From assembly GCA_965178125.1 (NCBI GenBank), contig OZ237771.1, positions 186,001 to 250,000 on the forward strand: a stretch of 64,000 nt of DNA, given 5' to 3'. Origin of the DNA: Bilabrum cf. latius. Its lineage: Eukaryota. The notes below the pieces were generated by a model. The model ran no database searches. It saw only the letters and a list, made by a program, of their open reading frames with translations, and was not told the DNA's origin. Below, one piece after another: positions 1 to 13,941 of the stretch. The translations under genes and the position numbers were made by a program. Position 1 is the stretch's first letter, and each line of letters begins with the position of its first letter.

Positions 1-2657
1 GCTCCGACAGCCAGAGTGAGGTTGGGGCCAATCATGGACCCAAAGTCCAACATCGCAACACTGGAGCCAAAGCCGGTGTATGAATCTGTGAACGTTCGGA
101 AGTCCCCGATTGTGTCGTAGATATCTTGCTGCGCCGTAACCCAGCCGCTAGAGTTCAGGTGCAGGATCCAAACCGCCCCGTTTGGATACTAGCTGGACAC
201 TCTAAGTCTGCCACCAACAGCCACAGAAACTGCAGCACCTGGGTGTAACCGACCAAGTGGAGCGATGGAGGTTCCAAATTTTTCTAATCTCAAGCCTTGA
301 GTGATCATGCCGCCGTGAATCCCCGAGATGTTCTGAATGACATCATGTTCGAGGGCTCCGTTAATCGCTAGGATCCAGACAACCCCCTCTGTGAAAAGCA
401 TCTCACTAGGCCGGGCATTGGGTGCACCTATTGCGATCCAAAGAGCGCCTTCAATGCTGCCTAGAAGAGCAACAGATGAGCCAAAAGCCGGGAACCGATT
501 TGAAATTCCAGAATCCTACGCAGGCTCAACAATTCTGACGGATTTCTGCACCGACATGTCCTCTCCCAACGAAATGACGTACACCACACCCTGGCTATTT
601 CGGTCAGCACCGTTTTCCTGAGGTGCTCCTACTGCTATGGTCAAGTTGCTAGCCGGGTCGAGCTGCCCAAGCGAAGCCACAGAGGCCCCAAATCCTAGAG
701 AAGAGCCAAAAGACACTTGGTGATCAGCATGCGAACTCGATATATCCGACCAGTTACTCAAGCTGCCATTTGCGTGAAGATGCAAGAAAAATACACCTCC
801 CCATCTCCCATATCGACTTGCACCAACGGCAAGCGATACAGCCCCTGGTGTGTCTGGGTGCAGCTGGCCAAGCGAGACTAGTGCACAACCAAAATCTTCG
901 GCCGGACGGATCAGAGGCAGCCCGTCTTGACCACCAAGTATGCTGTGATATCTAGCTACTGTACCGTTGGAATGCAGATACAGGAGCCACACAGCATTGC
1001 TGCGCGAAGCCCCGACAGCTACTGCTTGCGCATGGTCATCACCAAGCTTGCCAAGCACCGCGACAGCCGATCCAAAGTCACCTGTTAGTGCTCCATCACC
1101 GTCGAATCCGCGCAGGGAGCTCCCAATGCGAACAGCATCAGGGACGAGTTCCGGCTCGGTTTCAATCTGCTCGATATCGATCCGCCAGAAGGCGCCCATC
1201 TCTACTACCGCCTCGCCGATTGAGTCCTCTGGACTGCCCACCAATAGGGTGTAGTTGCGACCAGACCCTGGGAAGACGGAGAGGGCGTGGCCAAACATGT
1301 TCGAATCACCGATCGCTGGGAAGTAGTTGAAACGGGGTGCGACGAGCTTGGTGCTGCTCATCACGCTCATGTCCGGCCTGAGGCTGAGAAGCCAAACTGC
1401 TCCGGTACCACCAGTCACATCGTTGGGTGGCTAGCCCCCTACGGCAATGTTTAGCGCAGCTCCCGGATCGACTCGCCCAAGATACAATACAGATGTCCCA
1501 AAGTGGTCGAATGCGGAGGAGTCAAGACTGGCTTGCTCAAAGTCAACCATCGGGCCTGTGATAATTGACGATCCGTAGAAAGATAGGTCATGCCGTAAGT
1601 GCACCAAGTGAACTCGCCCGGAAGACCCATGGGATGCATCACCAGGGGCCCCCACTCCGAGGGTCAGTGAAACGTCCAGGCTAACTCGGCTCATGGTCTC
1701 TATGGTCGGGTCAGGAGGTGGAAACGAAGCCAAAGAGGCGCCAAACAACATGCTGTGTTCGATCGAAATGCCGGTCGCTCTCGACAGCAACTCGCTACGA
1801 CGCACAAATCCATTGGATTGCAAGTGAATCAGCCACACAGCACCGTAAAAAATGAGTCGAGCTTTTTCGTGGAAAGGCTCCCCGACCGCGATACTGGCAG
1901 CGACATTTTCATCCGCCGCAATTTGCCCTAGGGACGCAACGGAAGCCCCGAACTGGCCAACTCGCTCCGCACCAAAACGGCCATCCCAACCATCAATTGA
2001 TGTGTGTGAGTTGACCTTTCCTGATGTGCGGATATTCACAATCCAAACCTGGCCACCCCTGTGGCCTGGCGCACCCACTGCGATCATGTTCTCTGCAAAA
2101 TCGCGGAGCCGGCCAATGTGGGCGATCGATGATCCAAAGCGGCTGTTCTCATGCAGAACACCAGTGAATCCCCCATCAGTAGCTCTAACATTTTGGTATG
2201 CACCCACTGAACCGCTGGACTTATTGTGAAATAGAACCCAGAGAGTGCCCTCGTTCGGTTGCCCTTCGCCATCCGCACCGGGAGCTCCGACAACGATTGC
2301 ATCCAAGTCCGGATAAGCCACTGTTTCCGACGCAGAAGGAGTAAATTGGCCCAAGGCAAGAACAGATGCGCCAAAATGGTCCATATCATCAATGTCTGGG
2401 TGGAACTACGTGCCTGTGACTGGTCCAACTTTGGTAGCGCGAGCAGCGAGTTCCAACATATCCACGCACAAGTTTCGGTCGGCCAGGCGCCGGCTCCTGG
2501 CAGATGTGAAATTCACAAAATCATCGTCTCGTTCACTGATGCTGGTAGCGTTTCTAGAAATGGATCCATCTCCATCGAGGTTGACGAGCTAACCATCCAG
2601 TTTGTGTGCAGTGGCTAGGCTACACAGAAAGGTTAAAGTGACAGCAGTGGCCTTCAT
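1..2657 (-). CDS. Secreted FG-GAP (integrin-alpha beta-propeller-like) repeat protein; 3' end runs off the window; needs TAG read as sense
   Basis: ORF-track pieces 1431-2384, 516-1418 and 189-401 share one frame, interrupted only by TAG (2589, 2406, 1431, 516, 189). ATG 2657 gives a signal-peptide-like MKATAVTLTFLCSLATA (alternative ATG 2666); the frame is closed upstream by TGA at 2784-2786. Repeated FG.SVA.LG...AVGAP...G.VW(I/L)L motifs throughout; at least 885 codons. Confidence 0.8.
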
Positions 2658-4219
2658 GGTAAACATGTTGCACTCTTCTGTTCTGTTCTTTGCCGAAATA
2701 TACCTCTGCGAAACATTGTAAATCGAGAGTGCGACTGTTCCTTTTTTGGGGTAGACCGCAGCTTCCACCCCACAACTCCTTAATCAAGACAAAAACCTTG
2801 AATTGAGATACGTTTAAACATCGTAACAATCCACTAGAGTACGACAGACTGTCAAATTTTACCATTGTGGCCTCTGTATACCTGTTCAGACCTACAGTAC
2901 GCAAAGTGCATGCTTTGGTCTCACCAGCTTAACACAATTATGGGGTCGCACAATCCTAAACAAGATAGTCGTAAGCACCTAATACTTATGACTTTATGAC
3001 TTTAGTGGTCTGCAAACGATTTTAACGGCCCAGGGTGTATCCTGGACTACTGACCGGCCTAGATCTGCGACGCCCCGCAATTCTTCCGATAAGTACACAC
3101 AACAAACATTAAAAACCATTATTCTGGTATTCATGGTTGGGGGTTTATTTACGGACATTTCATCGTGTGACCGAAGCGAACGAGAGCATTGATTGGGAAG
3201 AGACTCCGACAGGGAGTGAGCGGGGCTCCAGGGTAGGAACAGATAGGCGCAGGAATTGTATCATTGTGGATCGCGAGGCCAGTTTAAAGAAGATGGTTCA
3301 TTCTGTCCAGCGGCAGCATTTGGAATGGGGGTTGCTAGAATAATGGAGGCTCGTAACACCCACGGATGCCGTCCTCCCAAAGCGATGACTAGATTCGCGC
3401 AGGTAGAGAGGGCGGGATTTCAGGGATTGAAGGGATTGTGGGGGTAATTCGCTTTGACCACCTTTCTTGTCACATGCAAGGTCTAGGTCTTGATATGTGT
3501 GATTGAATTCAATTTAGTTGTACACAGACACGTGGTTAATTCATCCAGCAAATTAGGATCTCCACAGGTTACCGTTGGGATCGCTTCAAGTTGTCGAGGA
3601 GGATTGGCAGCGATTGGCAGGAGGGGTCTGCTTTGCGGTCCGCGCATGCCACGATTGTGGTCCGCTACGGCTGGTCCGTCGACCTCGGAGCACTCGGTGT
3701 TCGGATCGGAAACGTGGACAAGTAGTGCTCCGGTTGGCAGGCATCGCAAGAAGAGGCAGAAGGACCAAACATAGCAGGCTCTGGCGCCCAATGCATCTAT
3801 CGATAGGCTATAGGATCAGAATGCTTGAGCGTGTCGCAATTGTCGCGACATGTATACCTGCTATTCATTATTCACACCGTTGGCATCCTTCCGGCTTGCA
3901 CCTCTTAGGCTGAGGTCGCGCGCTGGGCACAGCGCTCGGGCGAGTCGGCAAGGCGGGTGGTGTGGTGGAGGCGAAGGAAAAAGGGGGTGAGTGCAATGGA
4001 GGACAGGTGGACAAGGTGGAGGGGGTGGATGAAGCGGGAGGCACAGACAGGGCAGGAATGTGGGAAGGGGCGAGTGGGGCCCGGAGGAGTTCCGGGTTAG
4101 ACCTGGTCTCAAAATAATAAACGTGGCGTATGCACCAGAGTGCAAGCAACCCATGCCTGCAAATCACTCGTCCCGTGCACACTGTAGCACGGGGGAGGCA
4201 CATCACTTCACTCCCACGC

Positions 4220-4705
4220 TCATGCACTCTTCTGCGCTGCCGCCTTCATCTCCGCTTCCTCCTCGGCGGCACGATGCCTCTGCCCGGTCCAGGCAGTGCC
4301 CCACAGCGTGGCCCAGCCCAGCGCCAGCAGCACAGCGCACGTGTACAGGTACGCATCAGTGTCCGTTGAGCTCCTGTACGCCTCGAACATGGCCCACCAG
4401 AAGAGTCCAACGAACAGGTACAGGATCAGGAAGAGCACCGTGATGATCAGGAGGTCCGCCGCAGAGTTGCCGCAGCACAGGATCTCGTAGCCTTCGATCT
4501 CCTGGGTCCAGCCAGTCCGCTTGTACTAGTTCTCCGGCTTCTGCTTCTCGGGGAGGATCTGCTGCTCGTACAGCTCGGTGAAGCGCTCGTCCTCGGACCG
4601 CATCAGGGCGGCGTGCTCAGCTGCCTTTCGGCTGGCGTCGGCCTTGGCCTGCTCCGCCTCCTCGTGCTTGGCAGCGGCGGCATCCGCGGAGCTCTTGCCG
4701 GTCAT
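4220..4705 (-). CDS. Small membrane protein (161 aa, two hydrophobic helices, charged N- and C-termini), function unknown
   Basis: ATG 4705 (MTGKSSADAAAAKHEEAEQ...), one in-frame TAG at 4526, then LLIITVLFLILYLFVGLFWWAMF and YLYTCAVLLALGWATLWGTAW, ending at TGA 4220-4222. GC-rich third codon positions. Confidence 0.65.
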
Positions 4706-5885
4706 CTCAACCTCTACCTGCTGCTGGTCGGCTACCTGCGAGTATCGATGTGACGAGTGAGGATGGTGCGTGCGTGTGTGTGTGCGCGAGCGGGCAAGGC
4801 AGGGGGTGGCTGGCGGGGGGTTGCGGGGACATGTCCAAGAGCAAGACACTTGGCTTTGATCATCCGCGCGCGATATACGCAACCGTGGGTCTGCTTTACA
4901 AACGCGACATGGGTTTATTGAAAGCGCCTCGGGGTAATCGGTAGTGTTGTGAGCATGCCGCGTGCGGGTCTCCTGCCACGGAAAGGCAGCACCAATCAGC
5001 CCAGGGCAAAGCACTCATGCGTAAGAAACGCTTTCCTATAGTCGATACCCTGTTTTTGCACCATTTTGGTACGACGCAGTGCGTAATGCCAACAATTGCG
5101 CCAAACAGGCGCCAAGCACGAAACGGCACGCAGCTCCCGTCACGCCGCAAACGCATTCGCGGGATCTATCTCTGGCACACAGACAAGCAGTACATCCAAG
5201 TAACCAATTACTAGAAAACCCACAAGACATCCCAAAAGCAATACAACCAGCGAAACAACAGAGTGCCAAGGGCAGCCATAAAGCATCGCGAACAGCAACG
5301 AGACGTCTGTGATTCTGTGAATCATGAAGTCCTATCTTACCGATGCAGCCTGCGACACGTTGAAACAAATAATCAGATGGTATTCGAGTGGATGCCCTTG
5401 TTGAAGGTGATGCAGGCAAACATAGAGGGGTGCGGTGCACCGCGCTGACCGTTCGGCTCATACAGTACATTGTAAACCCATTCAGCGGCACGGCAAGTCC
5501 CTATAATTAAGCGATCACATTATGATATACAGCAATAAGTCCATATCTTACCATTTTGGTTTACTTTAAGTGCCCGATGCGGCTAAAAGACCGAGCAAGA
5601 CGCTGCGCGTCTTTTTATAACGAGCAATTATACCATCGTAGTCTGTATTTTGGCAATGGCACCATTGTTTGGAACAATCCGACACCGCTCGATTATTTTC
5701 TGATCGGAACAACTGGTCACTGATAAATCATTCAGGAATTTTATAATATCAGTTGATCCAAGATCGGCTTGAGTTGGTGGAAATCTGGTAGTCGGTCCAT
5801 CAGTTGGATTGCAACCTTGGTAGTTGTCGTATTCCCCCTGTTTTGAAGTCTATCAGCGGCAGCAGCTACCTGATTTAATCCAAGT

Positions 5886-8800
5886 ATGAGTGGGCGTCGG
5901 AAACCAATGAAACCTACTCGTAGTGCATCCAATGAGGCGTCAGATGCAGGCACTAAAATCGATGCTCGGGAGATACCTGGCCTGTAGCAGCTGCAGCAGA
6001 AGTATTCAGACTTAGTTAGACAGAAGAAGACAAAGGAAGCAAGTAAGCTTAAGCGAGAACTTTCTTAGATGCTGGAACACCTAGACAAGGGTACACAGGC
6101 GCAGTCGCCTCGTTCAGGTGAATCCGAACGACAGGCTTCCTCATCGTCTGCAGCAACCAGCAGGCAGCAGGGCCTCTCCGGCGCGGATTCGGCCCATTTT
6201 GCATCCAATGGACACGCGATGACGCAGGACGCCCGCGCCCTCGGCCTGCGATCGAGTGACCGGCCTTTCGCGCTGACCGAGCACGAGCACGCGAGGTGGG
6301 AAGCCATCCACGCCTTTGGACCGGCCGCCACCGCGCACCTCCAGCGGGACGGCTGGTGTGTGACGAGCATTGCGTCGGAAGTGCTCGACGCGCTGGGCTG
6401 GGTGTAGAGGCAGGAGGTGGCACGACGCGGTCCCCTGCTGCACGTGCTGTTCCGGTTATTCGCAAGGGCCACGGTGGAGGTCGCGGCGGGCTGGGGCGGC
6501 GGGTTTATTTCGAGCCCGGACGGCTCGCCAGGGCAGGCATCGCACCAGTTACACTCATCACACGGAAATAGGGTAATCGATCTGGACGATGACGGCGAGC
6601 AGCAGCAGCAGCAGCAGCAGAATCAGAGTAGTCAGCAAGACAGCGAATCAGCTAGGCGCCGCGAATTGCGGAACTTACGAACACGACAAGGTGCCGCTGC
6701 AGCGGCCGGAGCGCTGGTCCGTCGTGTGGCCCCCTTATTTCACTCGTCACACCCACGGGAGTGCCTGCTGCTGGCGGGTGTCCTGGGGGCCAAGCCCGCG
6801 GCCGTGGGCGCCATGCTCCGCCGGGTGGACGGTCTTTTTGATTCCGGATTAACGGCCGCGTCGGCGCTGGAAGGCCTGCGAAAGCTTTAGGCTCCGAATC
6901 CTCGCGCGGCCGGGCAGGGCTTGTGGGGCGGGGTGTCGGGCGACGTCGTTGCAGGTGGGTACGTGCCTGACGCTGTGCGGCTGGGTGTAGGCGCGATGCG
7001 GATGCAGGCCCTTGGGGAACAATCTTCTTGGTTCGACCAGCAGCAGCTGAACACGATGGGGGTCGGCGGGCAGCAGATGTTGGCGGCTTCGCTGCGGTCA
7101 CTCCCTGCCTCGTCCAGGCGAGCAGCGGTATTGGCTAAAGTGGCGGGATTGGCCACCCGCCCCGACAGGTTCACCGTGGAGGAACAGGGGCAGGCGGAAC
7201 GGATCCACTCGTCACATGGGGGTTCGACTCAGCACTCATCACAGGGGGGATACGGGAGGCTAGAGAGCGGCCTGGGTCCGCTGGCTCAGTCCACTGTCGA
7301 TCTCATCGGGGCCGCCGAGAAGGACGGTCCCGGTTCCGCGGACCCACCCTAGTTGAATATGTCCGTTGAGGTCGTTGGTAGCGTTGCGTTAGAGCGAGAC
7401 ACGCCCCCAGCCGCGGCTGTGCGCCTGTGGCAGATGGCAGGCGTGCTGCCCTCCGCTCGTGGGACGGTCCCGTGTGACGAGTGGGACCCTTCCGGGGACC
7501 GAGACGGGCGGGAGCTGGAGGGCGTCGTGGCGGCGCTGGCCGGTCGGATCGTGGTTCCGCTGTCGCGCGGCGCCGCCGCGGGATTCCGCAGGCACTTGCG
7601 TATGCGCGGGTGCACGGCACTGCAGCAGCTGCTGGAAGGAGGCGCCGTTTGCCTCGCCGTTGGACCATCGATCCAGGGAACCATATAGGACGCTGTTCCC
7701 TGGGAACGGGGCTTCTACGGGGTTGGAACCTGGGCTGGGGACTTGTCGGTGCCGCGCCCCATGTCCCCGCTTCCCCCAGGGGAATACCCCCGGTTCGCCC
7801 TCCCCGGGGTTCCCGGAACAGAGCGAAGGTTCCTTGGGGTGGATTCCCTCAGCCCACCCCCCGTCCTCCTTTGGGGAACAACGGCATCTCTGTTCCTGCA
7901 CGCGTCCGGGGGGTGGTTCGATGGCTCCCACAAGCGCATCCGCAGGGAGCGGCAGCGGCTGCACGCCATCAAGCAAGACAGCAGACAGGGGCATGGCCAT
8001 GGGCATGGGCATGGACAGTCAAGCGGTGCGATGGCTGCGGGTCAAGCTCAGTCCAAGAAGATGATTCCGCGCCCAGTGAAGATGATTCCGCACTGGGCGC
8101 CAAAACACCTCCCGCTGCCCATCGACGGTGGCGGGCCCACCGCACTCGTCACAGCGGCTTGCTCGTCAACTGACGCAATCGTCACACCGTAGGAGGCGTT
8201 GGATTTTTATAAAGAGGCGGCTCCACTGATGCCACCAGTGCGCTCCCCGCATGCTGTGTTCTCGGAAGCCATGGATCGGGAGGCTGTCAGATACCACGAT
8301 GTGCAGAGGGAAATGAGCAGGGTGTAGGGGGGGAATAGAGGCAGGGGAGAAGGAGGGGGGCGGGGAAGTGGAGGGGATGCCGACTCCCAGTCTGGTAGCC
8401 AAGAGCCGATTCCGCCGATCGAACTCAACAAACACATATCGACCGCCATCAGCAAGATGTTCAGCCTGACGATAAAACAGGCAGACGGTGCCGGCTTAGA
8501 GGCGCTGAGGGTCGTTCGGAAGCAAGCATTGTCGGGTCGTTTCGCGAAATCCATGAGCTCCGGTGCGGGATACGTCGAGCCGGGGAACAGGCACGATCTA
8601 GCACTCCGGAACCACTCGTCACACCGAATGCAGCTGGTACTGGGTGTTGCGGCAGCGGTACGACAGGAGCTGGGATGGATCGGGCTCGCACTGGCCGTGG
8701 ATCACGTGCACTGCGCGAGGCTTCTGGCGCCGCGCACTGGCAGCGGAACCAAGGCGGGGCATGGGGAGGGTGCAGCGAGCGCCGAGGGTGCTCACTCGTC

Positions 8801-11576
8801 ACCCATTGTGGGGCAGAAAAGGCGCCGCGCACCGGAGGTAGGGGGTTCCGCTGCGAAGCCCGTGGGTGAGCAGGTGTCCGTTCGGCTGCCATCGGCGGTG
8901 TCATTTGTGGCCGGACGGGCGGCGCCGCGAGTCGAATCCACGGGTGGAGTAACCACTACAGGAGGTGGTCAAAGCGGCGGTGCTACCGGCCGATCGTTTC
9001 CGGAGAGTGGCGGTCCTACGTTCGTGTCGAGCAGCGTGTCGCCCGCGGGAGTGATCCTGGCAGGTGGGACGGCCCAGGGCTCGATCCACCTCTGGAAGCG
9101 GCCTCCCTCCCACCACGGTGCCGGTTTGGAGAATGACTCCGCCGGGTGGCGCGTGGACGGCTCCCAACCCGACGGCACTGTGCATGCGGAGGTGCCTGCC
9201 CACCCGGGTGCAGTGACCCACCTGGTGTGGTGCACACCCGACGCCCACATGTGGAGGGTGGTAGACGTCCAGAGGCCGGAATCGGGGCGTGAGAGCTGGA
9301 GCGGTGTGACGAGTAGTGCGTATGACGAGCAGGTGGGGGCCACCCACGAGGGAACACACCTGCTCAGCGGGGGAACAGACGGATCCGTGGCTCTCTGGGG
9401 ACTCCTGACGAGCGTGCCAGTGCCGCAGTGGGATGCACCTACCGGTGAGGGGCATAGCTCCTCTTCGGCCGCAGCGGGTGCGGGCGGCAAATCCAAGGCT
9501 AATTCAGGCACGGGATCAGGAGGTCCGCACCGGCTGCTCCTCCGGCCGCAGTGCGTGGCCCGATACGGCACCTTGCCCGGCGGATTCGGTTCCGGTTTCG
9601 GACCCGTGTGTTCCCTGGCCGCACACCCGTTGCTTCCATCGGTGTTTGCGTCGTCCGGAACGGACGGGGCGGTGAGGGTCTGGGACACGTCGGTTGCAAC
9701 CGGTCCCGGCCGTCTGCTGGTAGGCCACACAGGCGCTGTGAGGAGCCTGTGCTTCCATCCTCAGGGGGGGCTGCTGGCGACGGGCGGGGGCGCCGGTGAC
9801 GGGGCGGTGAGGATCTGGAGGCTGGAGGACGGCAGGTGCGTCAGGTCGCTGGTGGGTGGTCATACCGGCGGGGTCACTTCGGTGGAGTGGTCTCCCGGGG
9901 GTCGGTTTGTGGCCTCTGGGGATGACGAGGGCGGCGTGAGGCTGTGGGACGTGGCCAGAGGCGTGTGCCTGCCTTATTTGAGCAAGCCTGTGACGAGTGC
10001 GAGCGGGGGTGGTCAAAGCGGGGGGCACCGGTGGGCCGCGGCGGTGTCGCTGGCGTTCAGCCCCTGCGGCCAGGTGCTGGCAGCGGGGTACTCTGGCGGC
10101 ATGGTCGCGATGTTCTCCGTCAAAGCCCACGTGAGTGCCGGCACGGGCTAGGCCCTGCTCACCCCCGGGGAAAACCCCCTGGGGATATCACCCCCCGTGC
10201 AGGGGCGACCCCCCCACGCCAAGGCGGGTCAGCAGGGCGGCGCCGCTCAGTCTCCGGCGCCGCGCGATTCCGGTTCCGCCGTCTACGAGCCCCTGACGAT
10301 CCCGCAGGAGCCGCTGGAGGAAGGCCTGGAGGGCGATCGCGGTGTGACGAGTGACACCGGGATTGCAGCGTGGCGCGAATCGGCGGCAGACTCTGTGGGA
10401 CACGGGAGGCGGAACCGAAGGCCCGACGAGCTGATACGGGCCGGGGCGGGGAAAGGCCGCCCCGTGCTGGCGGGGCATGGGGGTGACCCCAGGGTGGAGC
10501 CGGGGGTGGAGGCAAACCCGGGGTTTCCCGCGGCGGGGGCATTGCGCGGCGCCGCTGCGGTTCCGCAGTCGCTCTCTCAGGCCGCCGCGGCCGCGGCCGA
10601 AAACGCGGAACGCGTGCGCAGGAGTCAGCTGGTCCATGTCAGCGCTTTGAAGAGATCGCAATAGGACAGCACCCGGTTCAACGAGGCCAGCAGCCGTAAG
10701 GCGCAGCTGATGAACTCGTCGAGCCACGGGGGTGGGCAGATGTCAGACGAGGAGGCAAGACGAATCACCGACTACAGCCGCATCCACGAAATGCAGAAAA
10801 AGTCGGTGGCTCTGGAACAGCGCCTTTGGAAGGGTGATTACGAAGGGTGGCCGTGCCTGGAGCGCCTGAAAGCTCCGAGGATGCCCAGCCTGCTGCGGCC
10901 GCAGGGCGGTGTGACGAGTGCGGCGCCGCTGATGCCGCCTTCGGTGGGCGGTCCCAGGCTAGGAGGCGCGCACGGTTCCGGTTTTCCAGCGACGCTCGAC
11001 GCCGCGGCGGGACTGCCCGGCAGCGGAACCGAAAGTTCCGCAGACGGCGCCGCGCACCATGGCATGGGGAGGTTCGGCGCGGGCGTCGGAACTGTGCCCA
11101 ACCAGGGGGCGGGGGCTAGTGCCGCCCTCGGCGCGCACATTCGTCACACTCTCATGGGCACGGAGTGCGTCGATCTCGGGGCCATGCGTGGGATCGTGTG
11201 GGCCACTGAGACCCCCGCAGGGGGAAGGGGGCCCGGGGGAAATCCCCTGAGCCCGTGGGGTCCGAGCGTGCTGGCCGTGACCAGGGTGCGGAATTGTTCC
11301 CTGAGGAACCTTCGCTTCACCACGCGCGGGGTTTTGCTTGTGGACGGAGTGCCGACGTCGCGGCCGGCCCCGGCGGCCCCTGCGTGGGGCGCAGATGCAT
11401 CGCACGGTAGTGCTAGTCCAGCTGGCGCGGATTGCGATCCGCGCGACCTCCCTCGCGCGCTGGGTGATGCGGATCCGCTTGCTGTCAGGGCGAGGGCGGT
11501 GGATGAGCTGGCGCAGAAAGCCGTGGTGTCTTCCTTGTCGCATGCATTTGCGACCAGGCTGGGACTGGCCAGCTGA
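5886..11576 (+). CDS. TAF5: TAF5/TAF5L-like WD40 repeat protein (TFIID/SAGA subunit-like), 1,896 aa with long low-complexity insertions; needs TAG read as sense
   Basis: Eight ORF-track pieces (6069...11576) are all in one frame. Ten in-frame TAGs (5985, 6066, 6405, 6888, 7350, 7686, 8190, 8325, 10149, 10662), ATG 5886, TGA 11574-11576. WD40 blades (LLSGGTDGSVALWGL; GHTGAVRSLCFHPQGGLLATG; CVRSLVGGHTGGVTSVEWSPGGRFVASGDDEGGVRLWDV), an upstream LPSAVSF segment and a C-terminal LRNLRFTTRGVLLVDG segment recall TAF5 motif order. The symbol is from motif recall, not a search. Confidence 0.7.
6600..6620 (+). repeat. (CAG)7 microsatellite encoding poly-Gln in the TAF5-like gene
   Basis: cagcagcagcagcagcagcag read directly, in frame. 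Confidence 0.9.
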
Positions 11577-11781
11577 TCGCCTGTGTGATTTCACCAACAT
11601 ATAAATAGCAGGAAATGAAGGCTCAATGGCGCGACGGCATAGCCTCATGCAGGTTGGGGATTGCCCGCAGTCCGGTTGTTGCACAAATACGACATTGCAG
11701 GGAGCTTTCCTGAGGCATCAGTGCATCTGATCGGATCCCAGGGAAAGCTCCGGAACAGCTTGTCAAAATCAATCGATTGAG

Positions 11782-13941
11782 ATGCGTGTTATCCCGACAT
11801 GCACCTTTTTTGCCATTGCGTGTTGGCTTACATTTGCGGATGAGCCGTATGGATCCATTCCGTGGCCTCAGCCAGGGCACGATGCGTAGCACACGCACGT
11901 CTCGGCGGCAAGCGGTCCTTCGGCCAAACAACCCATCTTCATCTGGTGCGAGCCAACGCAAAGCGAGCAATACCCGTTTATGAAAACAGAGAGTGTTACT
12001 GGCTCGGATGGAACGGTGGCTGTTACTGGCCAGAGTTCGCTCGTCGTTCGCGATGGGAACAGCGGTGCCCAGCTATACACCGTCCCATTCGGGGACGAAT
12101 TCGACCCACTGTCTTCGCCTACAACGATCGGCTCTGGACTGTATATTGTCACGAACGGGTTTATGGCCAAGCAGCAGCCAATTGGAGGAATGTTTGACGC
12201 CAAATCCGGCGATCTTCTGTATAGCTTCAAGGACTTTTCCTCCAGCCCACTGCAGATTGGATTTTCCCCAGCCTTTGATCACAGCAGCGGAAAAGTTGCA
12301 TTTGCAGCGGATGCCGGAGGGGCCGGTGGGACCGCACCAAACCTTGCGGTGTACCACGCGGCCAGCGGGGAGCAAATTGCAGGCACGCGGATCTCTGTGA
12401 ATCCGTAGTGCCGGCCCTCTTGCGGCAGCGGCTGCACATCGCTGTATACGGGCAGGGGCGCGATGTTCCTGTTTGATGCGACGACTGGTGCTGTCACAAA
12501 GTTTCCGAAGAATGGCTACTTTCAGAACATGATTACCTGTGTTAGCGTGGCAGCGGGTGGCAGTGGCGGCAACGATACGTCATTCGTCGCGGCCACCGTC
12601 AAACCGAGCGACTGCATCGCATTGCGGCATGAGCTGGAAGGCGCGGCCGAATCCTCCGGTGACGATGCCGGGCGCGGACGCGCCGGCAGCGTCATCTGCG
12701 GCGAGCTTCACTCGTCACACTACGATTCCCCCGACGCCGACGTTCCCATCCTCCTGGCCGTGGACAGCCCCGCCGGTGCCATCTCACCGAACGTTCGCTG
12801 GCAGTCGGGGCTGTCCCCCGTGCACCTGCCCAGGGGGGAGTACGAGGGCCCCGATACGGTGCTTGGCGCCCCCGCCATCGTGCAATGCACTCAGCCGGGG
12901 CCGGGCCAGGACCCGCTGGCCGGGACTGTCGTGCTCGTCACATCGGGGCACGCGGTGTCTGCGTTCAGCGCGTCCACCGGTGGATTCGAATGGATCGTGG
13001 CGCTGGACGACTGGGCCATCGGCTCCAGCGTCGGTTCCGACGGCGTTGCGTTTGTCAGCACCAACACCACGCTGCAGGCGATCGACGCCTGCAATGGAGG
13101 TAAGCAGGTCTGGAAGATGGACAACGCGGCAATCCGATCCTCAATCCAGCGATGGACTGGGGGTGGACTCGCAGTCGACGGGGTGAAGATCCATTCACTC
13201 CCCACCATCGGTCGCAACGAGTCGCTGTACCTGCAGATGCACTACAGGAAGGATGATCAGGGTGACGACGACGTCAGTGTGACGAGTGGTATGGTCGATG
13301 GGTGGGTGGGTGACGAGGAGCAGGATACTCCTCACACCGGCGGTCTGGAGCTCGGCACGTACCTCCTGTGTGCCCTGAGCTCCCAGCTCCTACCCCCCAG
13401 CCCGTCGCCCACACCCTCCACCAGCCCCACCCCATCGGCCTCCCCGAGTTTTGGGAGCTCCCCTTCGCCCTCCCCCACTCCCAGCATCCCTGCAACCCCC
13501 ACCCCTACCCCTGGGGGCAACCCCGGGGGTAGTCCAACGGTGTTCGACCTAAAACGGGTGATTCTCCTAGCCGCCGGGGTCGTGGTCGTGATAGGCTGCT
13601 GCGTGGGGTTCTGCTGCTACCAGGGAACAAGGGGGCGGGGGTAGCCAGGGGGAACAGCGGGGGACGGGGCACCCTTGCTAGTTGGGGGGGCGGGGGATGG
13701 TCGTGTTGTGGGGGGTGTACCCCGGGGGTCCATGGGGGCAGGGCAGGGGTACCCTGCGATTCCGACAGCATAGGTGATTGCAACAGGTCAAGTGGCTGGC
13801 ACCACAGGACCGCTGGGCTAGTCTCATGCCAGCGGGCAGGCGGGTAGCATTCAGGGCGGGCGGCAGCACCCCTACCCTGGTATGCAGGGTGGTGTCTATG
13901 CTGGAGCTCCCAACGATTACTACTCAACTGCTGGGCGGTGA
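11782..13941 (+). CDS. Type I membrane protein with PQQ-like/BamB-like beta-propeller ectodomain, Pro/Ser/Thr stalk, one TM helix and Gly/Gln-rich tail (719 aa); needs TAG read as sense
   Basis: ATG 11782 gives signal peptide MRVIPTCTFFAIACWLTFA. Then WPQPGHDA*HT (resembles the WP.xGHDAQHT start motif of PQQ-type propellers), blades such as VSAFSASTGGFEW and LQAIDACNGGKQVW, stalk PSPSPTPSTSPTPS, TM VILLAAGVVVVIGCCVGFCCY. TAGs at 11887, 12406, 13642, 13771, 13819; TGA 13939-13941. Confidence 0.8.

Noticed and set aside
2790-4200. Short ORFs such as 3483-3791(-), 3137-3343(+), 3861-4154(-)
   Set aside because: No recognisable motifs and no convincing ATG start or extension even with TAG read-through. 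The purine-rich tract at ~3950-4080 is probably UTR or intergenic.
5036-5491. Possible small hydrophobic gene (5140-5325 minus, or overlapping frames)
   Set aside because: A hydrophobic stretch is present but competing frames are equally plausible and no family is recognisable; left uncalled.
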